Assembly (NCBI GenBank): GCA_044221725.1
Contig: JBGAON010000003.1
Span: forward strand, 64,001-128,000
From: Elusimicrobiota bacterium
GTDB lineage: Bacteria > Elusimicrobiota > Elusimicrobia > F11
Length of the DNA stretch: 64,000 bases
Direction of reading: 5' to 3'
In this document: in pieces, positions 47,619 through 57,827 of the stretch
Numbering within the stretch: the first letter of the stretch is position 1
How the letters are laid out: each line of letters starts with the position of its first letter
Notes under the pieces: generated by a model
Seen by the model: only the letters and a program-made list of their open reading frames with translations
Told to the model about the DNA's origin: nothing
The model's database searches: none
Program-made: the position numbers and the translations under genes

Positions 47619-48491
47619 ATGAAAGATATTATTTTGATTTTTCAACCAAGTTTCCTGCTGCACAACGCATTATGGGGGTGTATCGCGGTCGGGTTTTTCT
47701 GCCCGGTGATCGGGGTTTATTTTATGCTGCGACGAATGGTCTTGCTCGGCGTCGCGTTGCCGCAAATTTCCGCCAGCGGTATTTCGCTCGCATTTTTTTT
47801 ACAGGGTCTCGGGGTTGCGTGGACATTCCACGCGGGAGAACCAAACGACCGATTGCTGGCGCTGATGGGTTCGAGCGTGTTGACCGTGCTCGCTATTCTG
47901 GCGCTCGCATCGCTCGAGCGTCGCGGAGAGGGAACAACCGACAGCCGCATCGGTGCGACGTATGCGTTTGCTTATGCGGCCGCGATATTGTTTGTGTCTT
48001 CCAATGCCTCCGGCAAATCCGAGATGTTGAGCATGTTGCAGGGGGAGGTGGTGTCGGTCAACCATGAGGATTTGCAGATTCTCATTGTTGTTTATGCGGT
48101 GCTGGCCGCTTTGCTGCTTTTCTTTAATCGGCAATTCGTTCTCGTTTCGTATGACCGTCAGTCGGCCAAAGTGATGGGCAAGAACGTGATGTTTTGGGAC
48201 GTCTTTCTTTATCTCATTATTGGTTTTGCAATTTCGATCGGCGTGCTGATCGTGGGGCCGATGCTCACGTTTGCGTTCCTCGTGGTACCACCGCTTGCGG
48301 CACGTCGGTTCTGTCGCTCGATGCGATCTTTTTTTGTGATTTCATCTTTGCTGGGAGGAATTTCGGCCGCGATCGGATTTTATTTGTCGTACCATCTCGA
48401 CTGGCCGTTGAGCCCGACAGCGATCGCCGTCACGGCCATCGCCTTGGTTTCGGCATTTTTATTTAAGCGAATTCATAATATTATTGCCTAA
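47619..48491 (+). CDS. Metal ABC permease (ZnuB-like)
   Basis: IGVYFMLRRM, SYDRQSA and PPLAAR; multi-TM. Confidence 0.9.
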   Translation: MKDIILIFQPSFLLHNALWGCIAVGFFCPVIGVYFMLRRMVLLGVALPQISASGISLAFFLQGLGVAWTFHAGEPNDRLLALMGSSVLTVLAILALASLERRGEGTTDSRIGATYAFAYAAAILFVSSNASGKSEMLSMLQGEVVSVNHEDLQILIVVYAVLAALLLFFNRQFVLVSYDRQSAKVMGKNVMFWDVFLYLIIGFAISIGVLIVGPMLTFAFLVVPPLAARRFCRSMRSFFVISSLLGGISAAIGFYLSYHLDWPLSPTAIAVTAIALVSAFLFKRIHNIIA

Positions 48492-48493
48492 CA

Positions 48494-49207
48494 ATGACCC
48501 CGTCGCTTACGATGAAACGTTTTGCGGTTGCAACACTGTTTGTGGTCTTGCCGATTTGCGTGCGCGCCCACGAAATCCCGATTTTTCCCGTGGACGTTGA
48601 GATGAAGATCGAATCGCACGAAATTCATGTGACGATCGAATCCAAAGCGGGGATCTGGTTGGATGAGATCCTTTCGGTCCCTTACACAAAGCCGTTGCCC
48701 GCCACCCATTGGGACCCTGTCTACGAACAGAAAGCGCGAGAGGAAGTGAAAAAATCTTTGCACATTGGAATGGATGGTCGCGAACTGGATTTCACCAAGT
48801 TTGAGTGCCGGTTTGTCCAAGAACCCTTGAACGAACAGTCGGCCAAAGTTGTGTTCGACGTGCATTATCCGATTGTCGCTGTTGGAAAAGAGATAGCGGG
48901 GATTTCTCAGTTCTTCGTGCCTCATTGGATTGAGCAACAAAAGTCAAAAGATCCCGATCGCAAAGCGGATGTATTTGAAACGCGGCTCCGCGTCATCGGC
49001 AGCAAAACGTTGCAGCTCTCTTTGCCCATCAATAAGCCGGCGTTTCGTTTCTCTACAAACGGCCTTTTATTTACGGAACAACAAAAACGTTTTGAAAAAA
49101 TCCGAGCGATCGGTGTGCGTTTGATGAGCAGCGCATTTTTTTGGATTGCGCTTATTGCGATCGTCGCGCACATCGTCAAACGGGCAAAACGGAGGAGAGA
49201 AGAGTGA
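48494..49207 (+). CDS. Exported membrane-anchored hypothetical protein with mature N-terminal His
   Basis: Signal ending VRA-HE; C-terminal TM and basic tail. Confidence 0.65.
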   Translation: MTPSLTMKRFAVATLFVVLPICVRAHEIPIFPVDVEMKIESHEIHVTIESKAGIWLDEILSVPYTKPLPATHWDPVYEQKAREEVKKSLHIGMDGRELDFTKFECRFVQEPLNEQSAKVVFDVHYPIVAVGKEIAGISQFFVPHWIEQQKSKDPDRKADVFETRLRVIGSKTLQLSLPINKPAFRFSTNGLLFTEQQKRFEKIRAIGVRLMSSAFFWIALIAIVAHIVKRAKRRREE

Positions 49208-49980
49208 GCGTTATTTCGTTCCACAATCTAACGAAAATCTACGAACGATCCCATCTGGGTCGCGTGAAAAAATCATTGGGACTCTCCGGACTAACGCTGG
49301 AGATTCAGAAAGGAGAGGTTTTCGGATTGCTCGGCTTAAATGGGTCCGGCAAGACAACCACGATCAAGCTTTTGTTGGGCCTTTTGTCGCCGACGAAAGG
49401 CAAGGTGGAAGTGATGGGCCGGCGCATGCCGAACCTCGAGTCGCTCAAGCACATCGGCTATTTGCCCGAAGCGGCCTACGTGAACAAGTATTTAACAGGC
49501 CGCGAGGCGGTGCGGATTTTTGCAAAGCTTTCGAAGATGCCCGTTAACGGGCGCGAAAAGGCGGTGAACGAAATCCTCGATAAAGTGGGCCTTTTGAACA
49601 GCGCGGACCGCCGCATTTCGGATTATTCAAAAGGAATGATGCAGCGCGTAAGTATGGCGCAGGCTCTCATACACGACCCCGATATTCTCATTATGGACGA
49701 GCCCGTCACCGGTCTCGATCCGCTCGCGATTCAGGAGTTGCGCCAATTGATTCTTTGGCTCAAGTCGCGCGGGAAAACCGTTTTTCTTTCGTCGCATAAC
49801 ATTTCAGAAGTGGAGCGTGTTTGTGATCGAATCGGTATTTTGGCGGCCGGCAAACTCGAACTCTTGATGGCGGCGTCCGAATGGCGCGGCCAAGAAGGAA
49901 AATTGGAACATGTGTTTGCTTCGTCAGTGAAGCGATCCGAAAGTATTGGGGCACTCAAATTTATCGAGGGGGCGAACTAA
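49204..49980 (+). CDS. ABC-2 ATP-binding protein (PilH-like)
   Basis: GLNGSGKT, YSKGMMQR and DEPVTGLDP. Confidence 0.88.
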   Translation: MSVISFHNLTKIYERSHLGRVKKSLGLSGLTLEIQKGEVFGLLGLNGSGKTTTIKLLLGLLSPTKGKVEVMGRRMPNLESLKHIGYLPEAAYVNKYLTGREAVRIFAKLSKMPVNGREKAVNEILDKVGLLNSADRRISDYSKGMMQRVSMAQALIHDPDILIMDEPVTGLDPLAIQELRQLILWLKSRGKTVFLSSHNISEVERVCDRIGILAAGKLELLMAASEWRGQEGKLEHVFASSVKRSESIGALKFIEGAN

Positions 49981-50747
49981 TGGAAACGTTGTTGGCGGTC
50001 GCCAATTACACGCTGAAGCAACACGTGCGGAACCGCGTATTTTTGTCGGTGGTTTTGTTCGGATTGGTACTTGTGTTTGGAGGCGTCGTCATTTCCGCGT
50101 TGGCGGTGGAAGAACAGCTGCGCATGATGATCGATTTGGGCCTGTCGGGAATTGAATTTCTCGCACTGGTGACGGTGCTGTTTGTGACCGTGAATCTTGT
50201 GCTCGAAGAAATGGAATCACGAAGCATTTATCTCATTTTGAGTCATCCGATTGAGCGTTGGCAATACATCGTCGGTCGATTCCTCGGAACGGTGACAGCG
50301 CTAACCGTGGGGATTCTCGTCATGGCGCTGCTTCATCTTGGAAGTCTTTATCTGTACGGATGGCGGCTGGAAGCTTTTTATCCGATAGCGATCGTGTGCT
50401 CCATTTTTAAAATTGCGGTCGTCAGTGCGCTCGCGCTCTTGATTTCGCTGATCACCACGTCGACCGCCTCCTCGATGACGCTTACCGGATTTCTCTGGGT
50501 GCTGGGTCATTTCTCCTCTGAAATTCGGTTCATGGCCGAAAAATCCGCAAATCCCTTGGTTAAGGCATTGAGTCAGTTTTTGGAGTACGTGACGCCGAAC
50601 TTCAATTACTTCAACTACCGCGACTTTTGGAACGCAGCGGCAATTCCGCCGCCGGCGTGGTTTGGTTGGATGGCCACTTATTCGTTTTCTTATCTCGGTA
50701 TCGCGCTCTTTCTAACCAGTTGGATTTTTTCAAACAAGGAATTTTGA
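49980..50747 (+). CDS. ABC-2 permease (PilI-like)
   Basis: IDLGL, EMESRSIYLILSHPIER, GRFLG and C-terminal FSNKEF. Confidence 0.85.
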   Translation: METLLAVANYTLKQHVRNRVFLSVVLFGLVLVFGGVVISALAVEEQLRMMIDLGLSGIEFLALVTVLFVTVNLVLEEMESRSIYLILSHPIERWQYIVGRFLGTVTALTVGILVMALLHLGSLYLYGWRLEAFYPIAIVCSIFKIAVVSALALLISLITTSTASSMTLTGFLWVLGHFSSEIRFMAEKSANPLVKALSQFLEYVTPNFNYFNYRDFWNAAAIPPPAWFGWMATYSFSYLGIALFLTSWIFSNKEF

Positions 50748-51448
50748 TGTCGCGAATCGATCTGCGCAAAGGACTGTTGTTGCTTGCGTTTGGGTTTGTG
50801 TTCGTGGTTTCACAAATACAATTGCAGCGGACATACCGGTTGCCGTTCCCGCCTTTAAGCGCACTGGAGACGGGTCCGAATACCCTGCAGGACGTTTCGT
50901 TTATTTTGACCGGATTTCGTCGGCTGGCCGCCGATGCGGCGTGGGTGCAACTGCTCCAAGGGATGGGCGATTACGGAAACGACGAGGTGCGATCCACGAA
51001 AAGTTATCCTCATCTTAAGCGTGACACGCTGCGAGTCACGCGTATCGACCCCTATTTCCAGAAAGCCTACTTGTTCGGCGCGGCCACCTTGGCGTGGCTG
51101 AAAAGCACGAACCGCCCGGACGAAGCGATTGAACTGATTTCAGAGGGTGTCCGGTACAACCCGACATTTTGGCCGCTACGCACGTACGCCGCCGGAATTG
51201 GCTACATGAAGAAAAATCAGCTCGGCAGTATGGTTCGCATACTTGAAGATGCGACGTCGGATCCCGATTGTCCAACGATTGTGAAATCAATTTTGGCGAA
51301 CTCTTACAAATTGCAAAAACGGTACGCTGACGCGTTGGCCATCTGGCGTGAGATTCTGTCGTCAGAAAAAGGCCGGGATTATCACGATCGCGCGCGGGAA
51401 GAAATCGCTAAGTTGGAAGTTCTTTTAAGTGAAACGCCCGCGCGTTAA
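50747..51448 (+). CDS. TPR-like membrane-anchored protein (PilG-like)
   Basis: LAADAAWVQLLQ, RIDPYF and EGVRYNPTFW. Confidence 0.7.
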   Translation: MSRIDLRKGLLLLAFGFVFVVSQIQLQRTYRLPFPPLSALETGPNTLQDVSFILTGFRRLAADAAWVQLLQGMGDYGNDEVRSTKSYPHLKRDTLRVTRIDPYFQKAYLFGAATLAWLKSTNRPDEAIELISEGVRYNPTFWPLRTYAAGIGYMKKNQLGSMVRILEDATSDPDCPTIVKSILANSYKLQKRYADALAIWREILSSEKGRDYHDRAREEIAKLEVLLSETPAR

Positions 51449-52431
51449 TTCATCCAAAATTCTTTTTGCCGAATCGCTATGTCGGCCAGCGCTTCGATAA
51501 AAACCGGATAATTGTTTAGCCCCGGTACCCGACGGAATTCTTTGATTCCAGCCTCCCTCGCCTCCTCTGCTAATTCCTGATCCAGCTCGTACAGGGTTTC
51601 AATGTGATCGGTCACGAACGCGATCGGAGCGACCAGAACCTGCTTCGCTCCTTGCTGACCAAGTTCGAGGATCACTTTTTCGGTGGACGGTCCGAGCCAT
51701 TTCACGGGGCCGAGTTTTGATTGCCATCCCAATGTCCATGGTCCATTCCAGTTGGCTTTTTCGAGAATACTTTTTACGGTTTGTTCGACTTGATCGCGGT
51801 AAGGATCTCCCATTTTTGTGACGAGGTTTTCCGGAATTGAATGAGCCGAGAACACCAAATGAATATTCTTGTGTGACGGATCTGAAAAACTGTGCGCAAT
51901 CGAACGAATGAGATCAGCATGCGCTTGTATAAATTTTGGGTGCGTCGCCCACGAACGAACTTCAAACAACGAGGCCTGCGGCGCCCATTTTTTGACAGCG
52001 ACCGATGTGCGGTCGAGCGCGCCTTTCGTTGTTGTCAGCGAAAATTGCGGATAGAGTGGGAAAGCCAAAATCTTTTTTACGCCGTTTCTGCTGAGGTCTT
52101 TCACAACGTCTTCCACAAGCGGATCCGAACAAGTGAAAGCAGTCCGCACGTCGGCTTGTAGGCCGCTAGCAGACAGCGCTGCGCGTGTGGCGTTTGCTTG
52201 TTCGTCTGTGAGCCGGCGAATCGGAGAGCCGCCGCCAATCTTCTCGTACATGAGACGGGACTCTTTTTCGCGCATGGTCGAGATGGCCCACGCCACAAAT
52301 TTTCGCAATGGCGTGAATTTGATTCGAATAATTTCCGGATCGCTGAACAATCGATAAAGAAAAGGCCGAACGTCTTTTTGCTTTTCGGGACCACCGAGAT
52401 TTAGGAAAAGAATTGCACGTTTGAGTTCCAT
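51445..52431 (-). CDS. hemH: Ferrochelatase
   Basis: NLGGP, GGGSP, PLYPQFS, FSAHS, QSKLGPVKWL and DHIETLYE. Confidence 0.95.
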   Translation of the reverse strand: MELKRAILFLNLGGPEKQKDVRPFLYRLFSDPEIIRIKFTPLRKFVAWAISTMREKESRLMYEKIGGGSPIRRLTDEQANATRAALSASGLQADVRTAFTCSDPLVEDVVKDLSRNGVKKILAFPLYPQFSLTTTKGALDRTSVAVKKWAPQASLFEVRSWATHPKFIQAHADLIRSIAHSFSDPSHKNIHLVFSAHSIPENLVTKMGDPYRDQVEQTVKSILEKANWNGPWTLGWQSKLGPVKWLGPSTEKVILELGQQGAKQVLVAPIAFVTDHIETLYELDQELAEEAREAGIKEFRRVPGLNNYPVFIEALADIAIRQKEFWMN

Positions 52432-52496
52432 TGGCTTGGTGATACAAAAATTGTATGCCACCAGTTCATAAATTCAAATTCAGGAGTTTAATTTTC

Positions 52497-52649
52497 ATGA
52501 GTCATCGCACAAAAAGCGGCCAGAAGCGCAAACGTCACGCCAACGATCAACGTTGGAAACGGCGTTTGAAACGCAAAAAAGCCGCGCTGATTGCGGAAGG
52601 CAAGATTAAGAAAGGTGTTGCCCCCGTTTCCAGCCAACCCAATTCTTAA
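52497..52649 (+). CDS. Small highly basic protein
   Basis: RBS aggag; MSHRTKSGQKRKRHANDQRWKRRLKRKK. Confidence 0.6.
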   Translation: MSHRTKSGQKRKRHANDQRWKRRLKRKKAALIAEGKIKKGVAPVSSQPNS

Positions 52650-52795
52650 TAAGCGGATTGAATTTCCGCCTCAAACCCCTTACGCTTGGAATCAAATCGA
52701 CAGTCTAAGCCGCACGCCAAAAAGTGGCGGAGCAGCGCGGATTGTTCGGTTTCGATTCTATGCGTCGCTCGGAGCAGAAAAATAACATCTCTTTA

Positions 52796-54241
52796 ATGCC
52801 GCGCCGGTCATTCGACGGGCGTTCCGGCGTTATTAAGCTCACCTCTCCTCGACCCATCTGGAAAAAGAATCCACACCGATGGCTTCCGGCGCTGTTATTC
52901 GCGTTGCTGCTGGTGTTGGTCCTTGCGTTGTTCGGACACGCGTCGCCACCATCGAGCCGCGGTGCACGTCCCATTGCCCTTGGCAATGGATACACGGCTG
53001 AATCCGGGGATATCTACTCGCTTTTCTACAACCCGGCGGGTCTCTACGAAATTAATCAACAAGAATTCACTTCCGATTATGGACGTTCTTACAGTGAAGG
53101 TGAATCGGCGCGATCCGATTTTAATTTCATGTACGCGACCCCGTACCGGTTCAAAGACCAAAATTATCCTATTGGCGTTGGGCTTTACGAAGAAAGTCCC
53201 GCTCCGGGAGCCCACATTATTGATCTCACCGCCGGCACCGCAGGCGATGCCCCGCTCGAACAGTGGACGAAGGGCATTCTTAAATTTCCGGCCAAAGTCG
53301 GGCTTGCCGCAACGTTGCGTCAACAACACGGAAGCGATGTGTCCGATCGCGTGGGAAAGTCTTCTTTGGGACTTGGCTTGACGGGTGGATTTCTTTTCCC
53401 AATCAATCGCAAATTGCAGGCCGGTCTCGCGATTCGTCGTCTTTTTAATCCGGGCGCCGATTCCGAGGGACCTTCGCTGAACGGCGGAGTTCGTTTTCGG
53501 TACGCCGATTATCTTCATATGTACGGTGATATCGAATTTTCGAGCGGTGGTATTTGGAGCATTCATCCAGGTTTTGAATGGTTGCTTGCGCGCGGCGTCT
53601 TGCGTCCACGGCTGGGATGGGGTTTTCATGACACGGGCGGAATCGATCTTTTGGCCACCGGTATCGGGTTTTATGTGTCGCCGATGCAAATCGACGTTAG
53701 CTACCTGATCCCGTTAAAGACGGTAAACGATAACGCCGGGCAGTTCCGCGCCTCGTTCAGTTATCGGTTTGGTCGACCTCAGTTTTCCGAAATTTATTAC
53801 GACCGGGCACTTGAACAGGCCAGTCAATTGGATCAGAGCGTCGTCATCATGACGTCGAAAGAAGCGGAGCTCAAAGCATCATTGGCCGAGCTCGAACAGA
53901 AAAAACGGATTGCCAAAGAAGAGCTCGATAACGCGAAAGCGCGAATCGAAGCGTTGAAGAATCAAGATTTGCTGGGCGAACGCGATGCGGTAATTCGCGA
54001 CTTGAAGGTACGCATTCGGGATTTGGAGTCAAACCTGTCGTCGGAGCGAGGAACGTTAAAAGCGATCCGTCAAAAACAAGCAACGGTGCGCACGCACAAA
54101 GTGTCGGCCGGCGAAACGCTGCAGAGCATCGCGCGCGATTACTACGGCGATCCGAACCAATGGAAGAAAATCTACACGGCGAACTCCGACAAGATCGAAC
54201 GTGGGTTGCCGAAAACCGGTTCAACACTGGTTATTCCATGA
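52796..54241 (+). CDS. PorP/PorV-like beta-barrel with coiled coil and C-terminal LysM
   Basis: GARPIALG, FYNPAGL, SFSYRFG and HKVSAGETLQSIARDYYGD; start uncertain. Confidence 0.75.
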   Translation: MPRRSFDGRSGVIKLTSPRPIWKKNPHRWLPALLFALLLVLVLALFGHASPPSSRGARPIALGNGYTAESGDIYSLFYNPAGLYEINQQEFTSDYGRSYSEGESARSDFNFMYATPYRFKDQNYPIGVGLYEESPAPGAHIIDLTAGTAGDAPLEQWTKGILKFPAKVGLAATLRQQHGSDVSDRVGKSSLGLGLTGGFLFPINRKLQAGLAIRRLFNPGADSEGPSLNGGVRFRYADYLHMYGDIEFSSGGIWSIHPGFEWLLARGVLRPRLGWGFHDTGGIDLLATGIGFYVSPMQIDVSYLIPLKTVNDNAGQFRASFSYRFGRPQFSEIYYDRALEQASQLDQSVVIMTSKEAELKASLAELEQKKRIAKEELDNAKARIEALKNQDLLGERDAVIRDLKVRIRDLESNLSSERGTLKAIRQKQATVRTHKVSAGETLQSIARDYYGDPNQWKKIYTANSDKIERGLPKTGSTLVIP

Positions 54242-55632
54242 TCAAAATCTCCGGTGATTGGCAGGCGGAGCTGCGAAAGTTTAAGGAGTCGCTTGCCAAA
54301 CGGTTGTGGGCGCTTCCGACGGTAACCGAAACCGAAAAAGAGATGGTATTTAAAGAATATCTTTCCGATCTCGATGCGTTTGAAAAAGCCATGAACGCGT
54401 TCACGGAGGCAAATCAATCGCAACAGAAAGTATGGAAAGATGAAAATGATCTTCTTCGTTCGTTGCTTGGCGTCAGTGAGGACGAACTCAAAATGCAGGC
54501 GCTTACGCTGGCGCAAGATAAAAAGAATCTCGAGAGAGAAAAGACCGACGCATCCGAAGAATCTGTGGAATTGCGACGTCGCAACGACGAACTTAACACC
54601 GAAAACGAACATCTGAGAAAACGGTTGCACGAGTTTGAAGAACAGGCCGATCACTTTCGAGTTCAACAGCTGCGTATGCGAGAGAATGATATTCGATTCT
54701 TTGCCGAGGGCCAGGACGCGTTAAAAAGCCAAGTAAAAGATTTGGAAAGTCGCATTGGGAATCTACGCACGCTGTTCGCGGATGCGAGTGAAAAATATGT
54801 TTCAGAAAAACAAGAAGAGATCGGCCTTCTTCAGAAAAAACTTCTCGACGAAATGCAGGAAACATTGAAACGCAAGCAGCAGCTCTCGTGGAGCGAAGAA
54901 GACATGTTTGCGAAAGGAGTGGCGCAGCGCGTCCGCACGACGCTCGTTTCGGCCCAAGGACAGCTGTTTCTCACGCTCGAGCGATTGGGGCTGCTGGATC
55001 CGCAAAACAAGAGCGAAAGTTTTTGGAAAGCACGCCTACGCTTGCTTATGGAAGGTGCGCAGGAACTGAGCGCCAACTTCCGTGCGATTCAAACTCAAAT
55101 ACAAGACGTCACGTCAGCGCTTGATGACTATTTGCATCTCACGAATCGACGCGAAATCGTGTCTCATCCGGTGTCTCTAAGAGACATCGTTCAGAAGGAG
55201 ATGGCCGAGATATTTATGGATCGGCGTCCGACAACGTCCGTGGAATTGTTGTCCGACGATCCGATGCCCGATGTTCCCGGCGACGAAGCGCTGCTTAAGT
55301 TTGTCGTACACGAATTGCTGAAGAATGCGTTCGAAGCACTGCCAAATCAGTCGGGTCAAATTACGATTTCGCTTAAGAACCGCAGCGATCGTGGCAAGGT
55401 CCAATTCATTGTGCGAGATTCGGGATCTGGTGTTCCGGAACATCTTACTCCGAGGTTGTTTCAACCTTTTTTTTCTACGAAGCAGCATCGGCAGGGATTA
55501 AGCCTTAGTCGTGCGCGGCGGTATGTGGAGTTCCACGGCGGAACATTGACGTTTTTACCCTCTGAAAATTCGGGGGCAATGTTTCAGGTCGAACTGCCAC
55601 TGGAAGGAAGGAAATTGCCTTGGGTCGCGTAA
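54238..55632 (+). CDS. Coiled-coil histidine-kinase-like ATPase lacking the H-box His
   Basis: ELLKNAFEA, RDSGSG and FQPFFSTK; the H-box region reads VAQRVRTTL. Confidence 0.8.
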   Translation: MIKISGDWQAELRKFKESLAKRLWALPTVTETEKEMVFKEYLSDLDAFEKAMNAFTEANQSQQKVWKDENDLLRSLLGVSEDELKMQALTLAQDKKNLEREKTDASEESVELRRRNDELNTENEHLRKRLHEFEEQADHFRVQQLRMRENDIRFFAEGQDALKSQVKDLESRIGNLRTLFADASEKYVSEKQEEIGLLQKKLLDEMQETLKRKQQLSWSEEDMFAKGVAQRVRTTLVSAQGQLFLTLERLGLLDPQNKSESFWKARLRLLMEGAQELSANFRAIQTQIQDVTSALDDYLHLTNRREIVSHPVSLRDIVQKEMAEIFMDRRPTTSVELLSDDPMPDVPGDEALLKFVVHELLKNAFEALPNQSGQITISLKNRSDRGKVQFIVRDSGSGVPEHLTPRLFQPFFSTKQHRQGLSLSRARRYVEFHGGTLTFLPSENSGAMFQVELPLEGRKLPWVA

Positions 55633-56780
55633 TGCTCGTGGGGTTTTCGAACCGCGAAGAAAAAAATGTTGTCACGTATTTTAGAACGGTCGGTGTCGAA
55701 TGCGAAACCTTGCCAAAAATTGAGAACGCCATCGAACGGTTGTCTGCAAATCCTCCCACGTTAATCATTACGAAAAAGCCCGATCAAATTGAAAGTTTGT
55801 ACGGACTCAAATCCGTGTTGCAAACGAGTTCGCCAACCACCCCGTTTCTCGTCGTGCTGCCAGAAGCAAAAGCGTCGGAAGGTCTCGCGAGCATGAACGC
55901 GGGAGCATACGATTGTCTTTCAAATTCACTCGATCGGTTTCATGTTCTCGCCGCAGCGAAACGAGCGACGGCCGCGTCCGGACGAACGTTGTTCGGGGCC
56001 AAAGTAAAACGCGACAAAATGCCATGGACAAAAATGGTGTTCTGTGTGCTCGTGAGTTTTGTTGTGTGTCAAGGATTGATGGTCCGTTGGAATGGCGAAC
56101 CGGCAAAATCATTGAACCTTGCCTCGGCAACATTGTCCGGAATCCAGTGGGAAGACCGTTCGTTGTGGGTGGGAAATTGGTTCGAATCGACGATCACGCA
56201 TTATGTTTTGCAAAAGGGTCTGTTAGCACGTCAACGCACGCTTGTGGCCGAAGAAATTTTTCGCATGCAAGACAGCCAACCCATCCTTGTTTGCGACACG
56301 CCGGACGCGCTCGTGACGGTCGGATTCGATTTGAAAATGCGCACGCACCAGCGTGCCGTGGGTTTGCCCACTATTCAGACGGCGTCGGCCCCGGGACCAA
56401 ATCCGACCGGCATTGCCTGGGACGGCGAATATCTTTGGTCTTCCGATGGCCAGACCGGACTTCTTTATAAGCACGGCAGTGATCTGCGCGTGCTCGGGGC
56501 TGTCAAGTCCCTCATCGGCTCACCGGCCGGCCTTACATGTGATGGGCACGCTCTCTGGGTAATGGGGGGGGCACCGCTTTCGGTCGCCAAGCTTGAACGA
56601 ATTCGCGGCAATTACGTTTGGCGAGGTCCTTTTCGGCTCTCGCAGTTTTTGCCACCCGACGTTCCGCCGGCTGGAATGGCCATCGGATTTGATCGATTGT
56701 GGGTGGTCACCGGAGGAACGCCTCACATGATTTCGCGTCCACTCAAGGACATTGTTTCACAGATCGAAGGGTGGAAGTAA
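55620..56780 (+). CDS. Pseudo-receiver, TM and beta-propeller protein
   Basis: AGAYDCL receiver remnant; one TM; PTGIAWDGEYLW-type repeats. Confidence 0.7.
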   Translation: MGRVMLVGFSNREEKNVVTYFRTVGVECETLPKIENAIERLSANPPTLIITKKPDQIESLYGLKSVLQTSSPTTPFLVVLPEAKASEGLASMNAGAYDCLSNSLDRFHVLAAAKRATAASGRTLFGAKVKRDKMPWTKMVFCVLVSFVVCQGLMVRWNGEPAKSLNLASATLSGIQWEDRSLWVGNWFESTITHYVLQKGLLARQRTLVAEEIFRMQDSQPILVCDTPDALVTVGFDLKMRTHQRAVGLPTIQTASAPGPNPTGIAWDGEYLWSSDGQTGLLYKHGSDLRVLGAVKSLIGSPAGLTCDGHALWVMGGAPLSVAKLERIRGNYVWRGPFRLSQFLPPDVPPAGMAIGFDRLWVVTGGTPHMISRPLKDIVSQIEGWK

Positions 56781-57127
56781 TGCAAATCGAACGTCGCAAG
56801 ATAACTCGATTCACCACCAGCATTCCGGTCGGGCTTCGATTTCCCGTCGGCTCTCTCAAAGAAGGTTGGGGACGAATCTTAAACTTGAGCCCGGAGGGAC
56901 TTTATCTTGAAACACAATTTCCATTAAAAGTTGCCAGCGTTCTTTATGTAAGTTTCACGCTAAAAGACGGAGCAAAGTTTGAAAATCTTCGGACCCGCGT
57001 GATTCGTGTTTCCTATTCCGAAGGCTATTTTATGGCCGGAATTGCGTTCGATGACGTTGTCGACCAGGAGACTTTGCGCGATGTGGTGGCCGCTCTGGCC
57101 TATGAAGGAGGGTTGCAAATCACATGA
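56780..57127 (+). CDS. PilZ domain protein
   Basis: RRKITR (RxxxR) and NLSPEG (NxSxxG). Confidence 0.88.
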   Translation: MQIERRKITRFTTSIPVGLRFPVGSLKEGWGRILNLSPEGLYLETQFPLKVASVLYVSFTLKDGAKFENLRTRVIRVSYSEGYFMAGIAFDDVVDQETLRDVVAALAYEGGLQIT

Positions 57128-57172
57128 AACGGATTTACGCTTATTGCACGTTGACTAGGGAGGAAAAGCTTT

Positions 57173-57778
57173 ATGGAACACGTTGAACGCGCCGTTGCTG
57201 GAATGAACGATGAACGCCGCAGTCGTTTTTTCGGCACCCGATTAATCAATACGCATTTTCAATTCAAATTTGGACTCGTGGTTTTCTTATTCCTGGCCGC
57301 CGTTGCACTTTTGGTCTGGATTCAAGGAAGCATTATTATTCAAAGCATGGTGTCATCGGGAGCGACCACCGACGCAATCTATTCCGCGCAGTTACGGTTC
57401 CTCAATAATATGATCGCGAAAACCTTCCTTCTCGGTATTGCATTGACCTTCGGACTTTCGCTGTTCTTCTCGCACTTTGTTGCCGGTCCCATCTACCGTT
57501 TTCAAAAGATTCTCGGAGAAATGAAAGAGGGTAAGCTAAATCTGCATGTGCAACTGCGAAAACACGATGAGCTGAAAGAGGTCGCTGATGCATTTAACCT
57601 AGCACTTTCGGGGTTGCGGAATAAGCTTCGAGAAGAACGAAACAACGCAAGTGCAATCGCGAACCAGATTGAACCGATGATTCAAAAGCTTCGGAAAGCG
57701 GGCCGAACCGCGGAAGCCAGCGAATTGGATCGAATTTACACCGAAATAAAGAATCTCCCTCCCCAAATCCAAATCTGA
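57173..57778 (+). CDS. Two-TM HAMP domain protein
   Basis: FQFKF and SHFVAGPIYR...LRKHDEL. Confidence 0.78.
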   Translation: MEHVERAVAGMNDERRSRFFGTRLINTHFQFKFGLVVFLFLAAVALLVWIQGSIIIQSMVSSGATTDAIYSAQLRFLNNMIAKTFLLGIALTFGLSLFFSHFVAGPIYRFQKILGEMKEGKLNLHVQLRKHDELKEVADAFNLALSGLRNKLREERNNASAIANQIEPMIQKLRKAGRTAEASELDRIYTEIKNLPPQIQI

Positions 57779-57827
57779 CCCGAGTTGCTTTTTGTCCGGT
57801 GCGGATTCATGCTACCATGAGTTCCTT

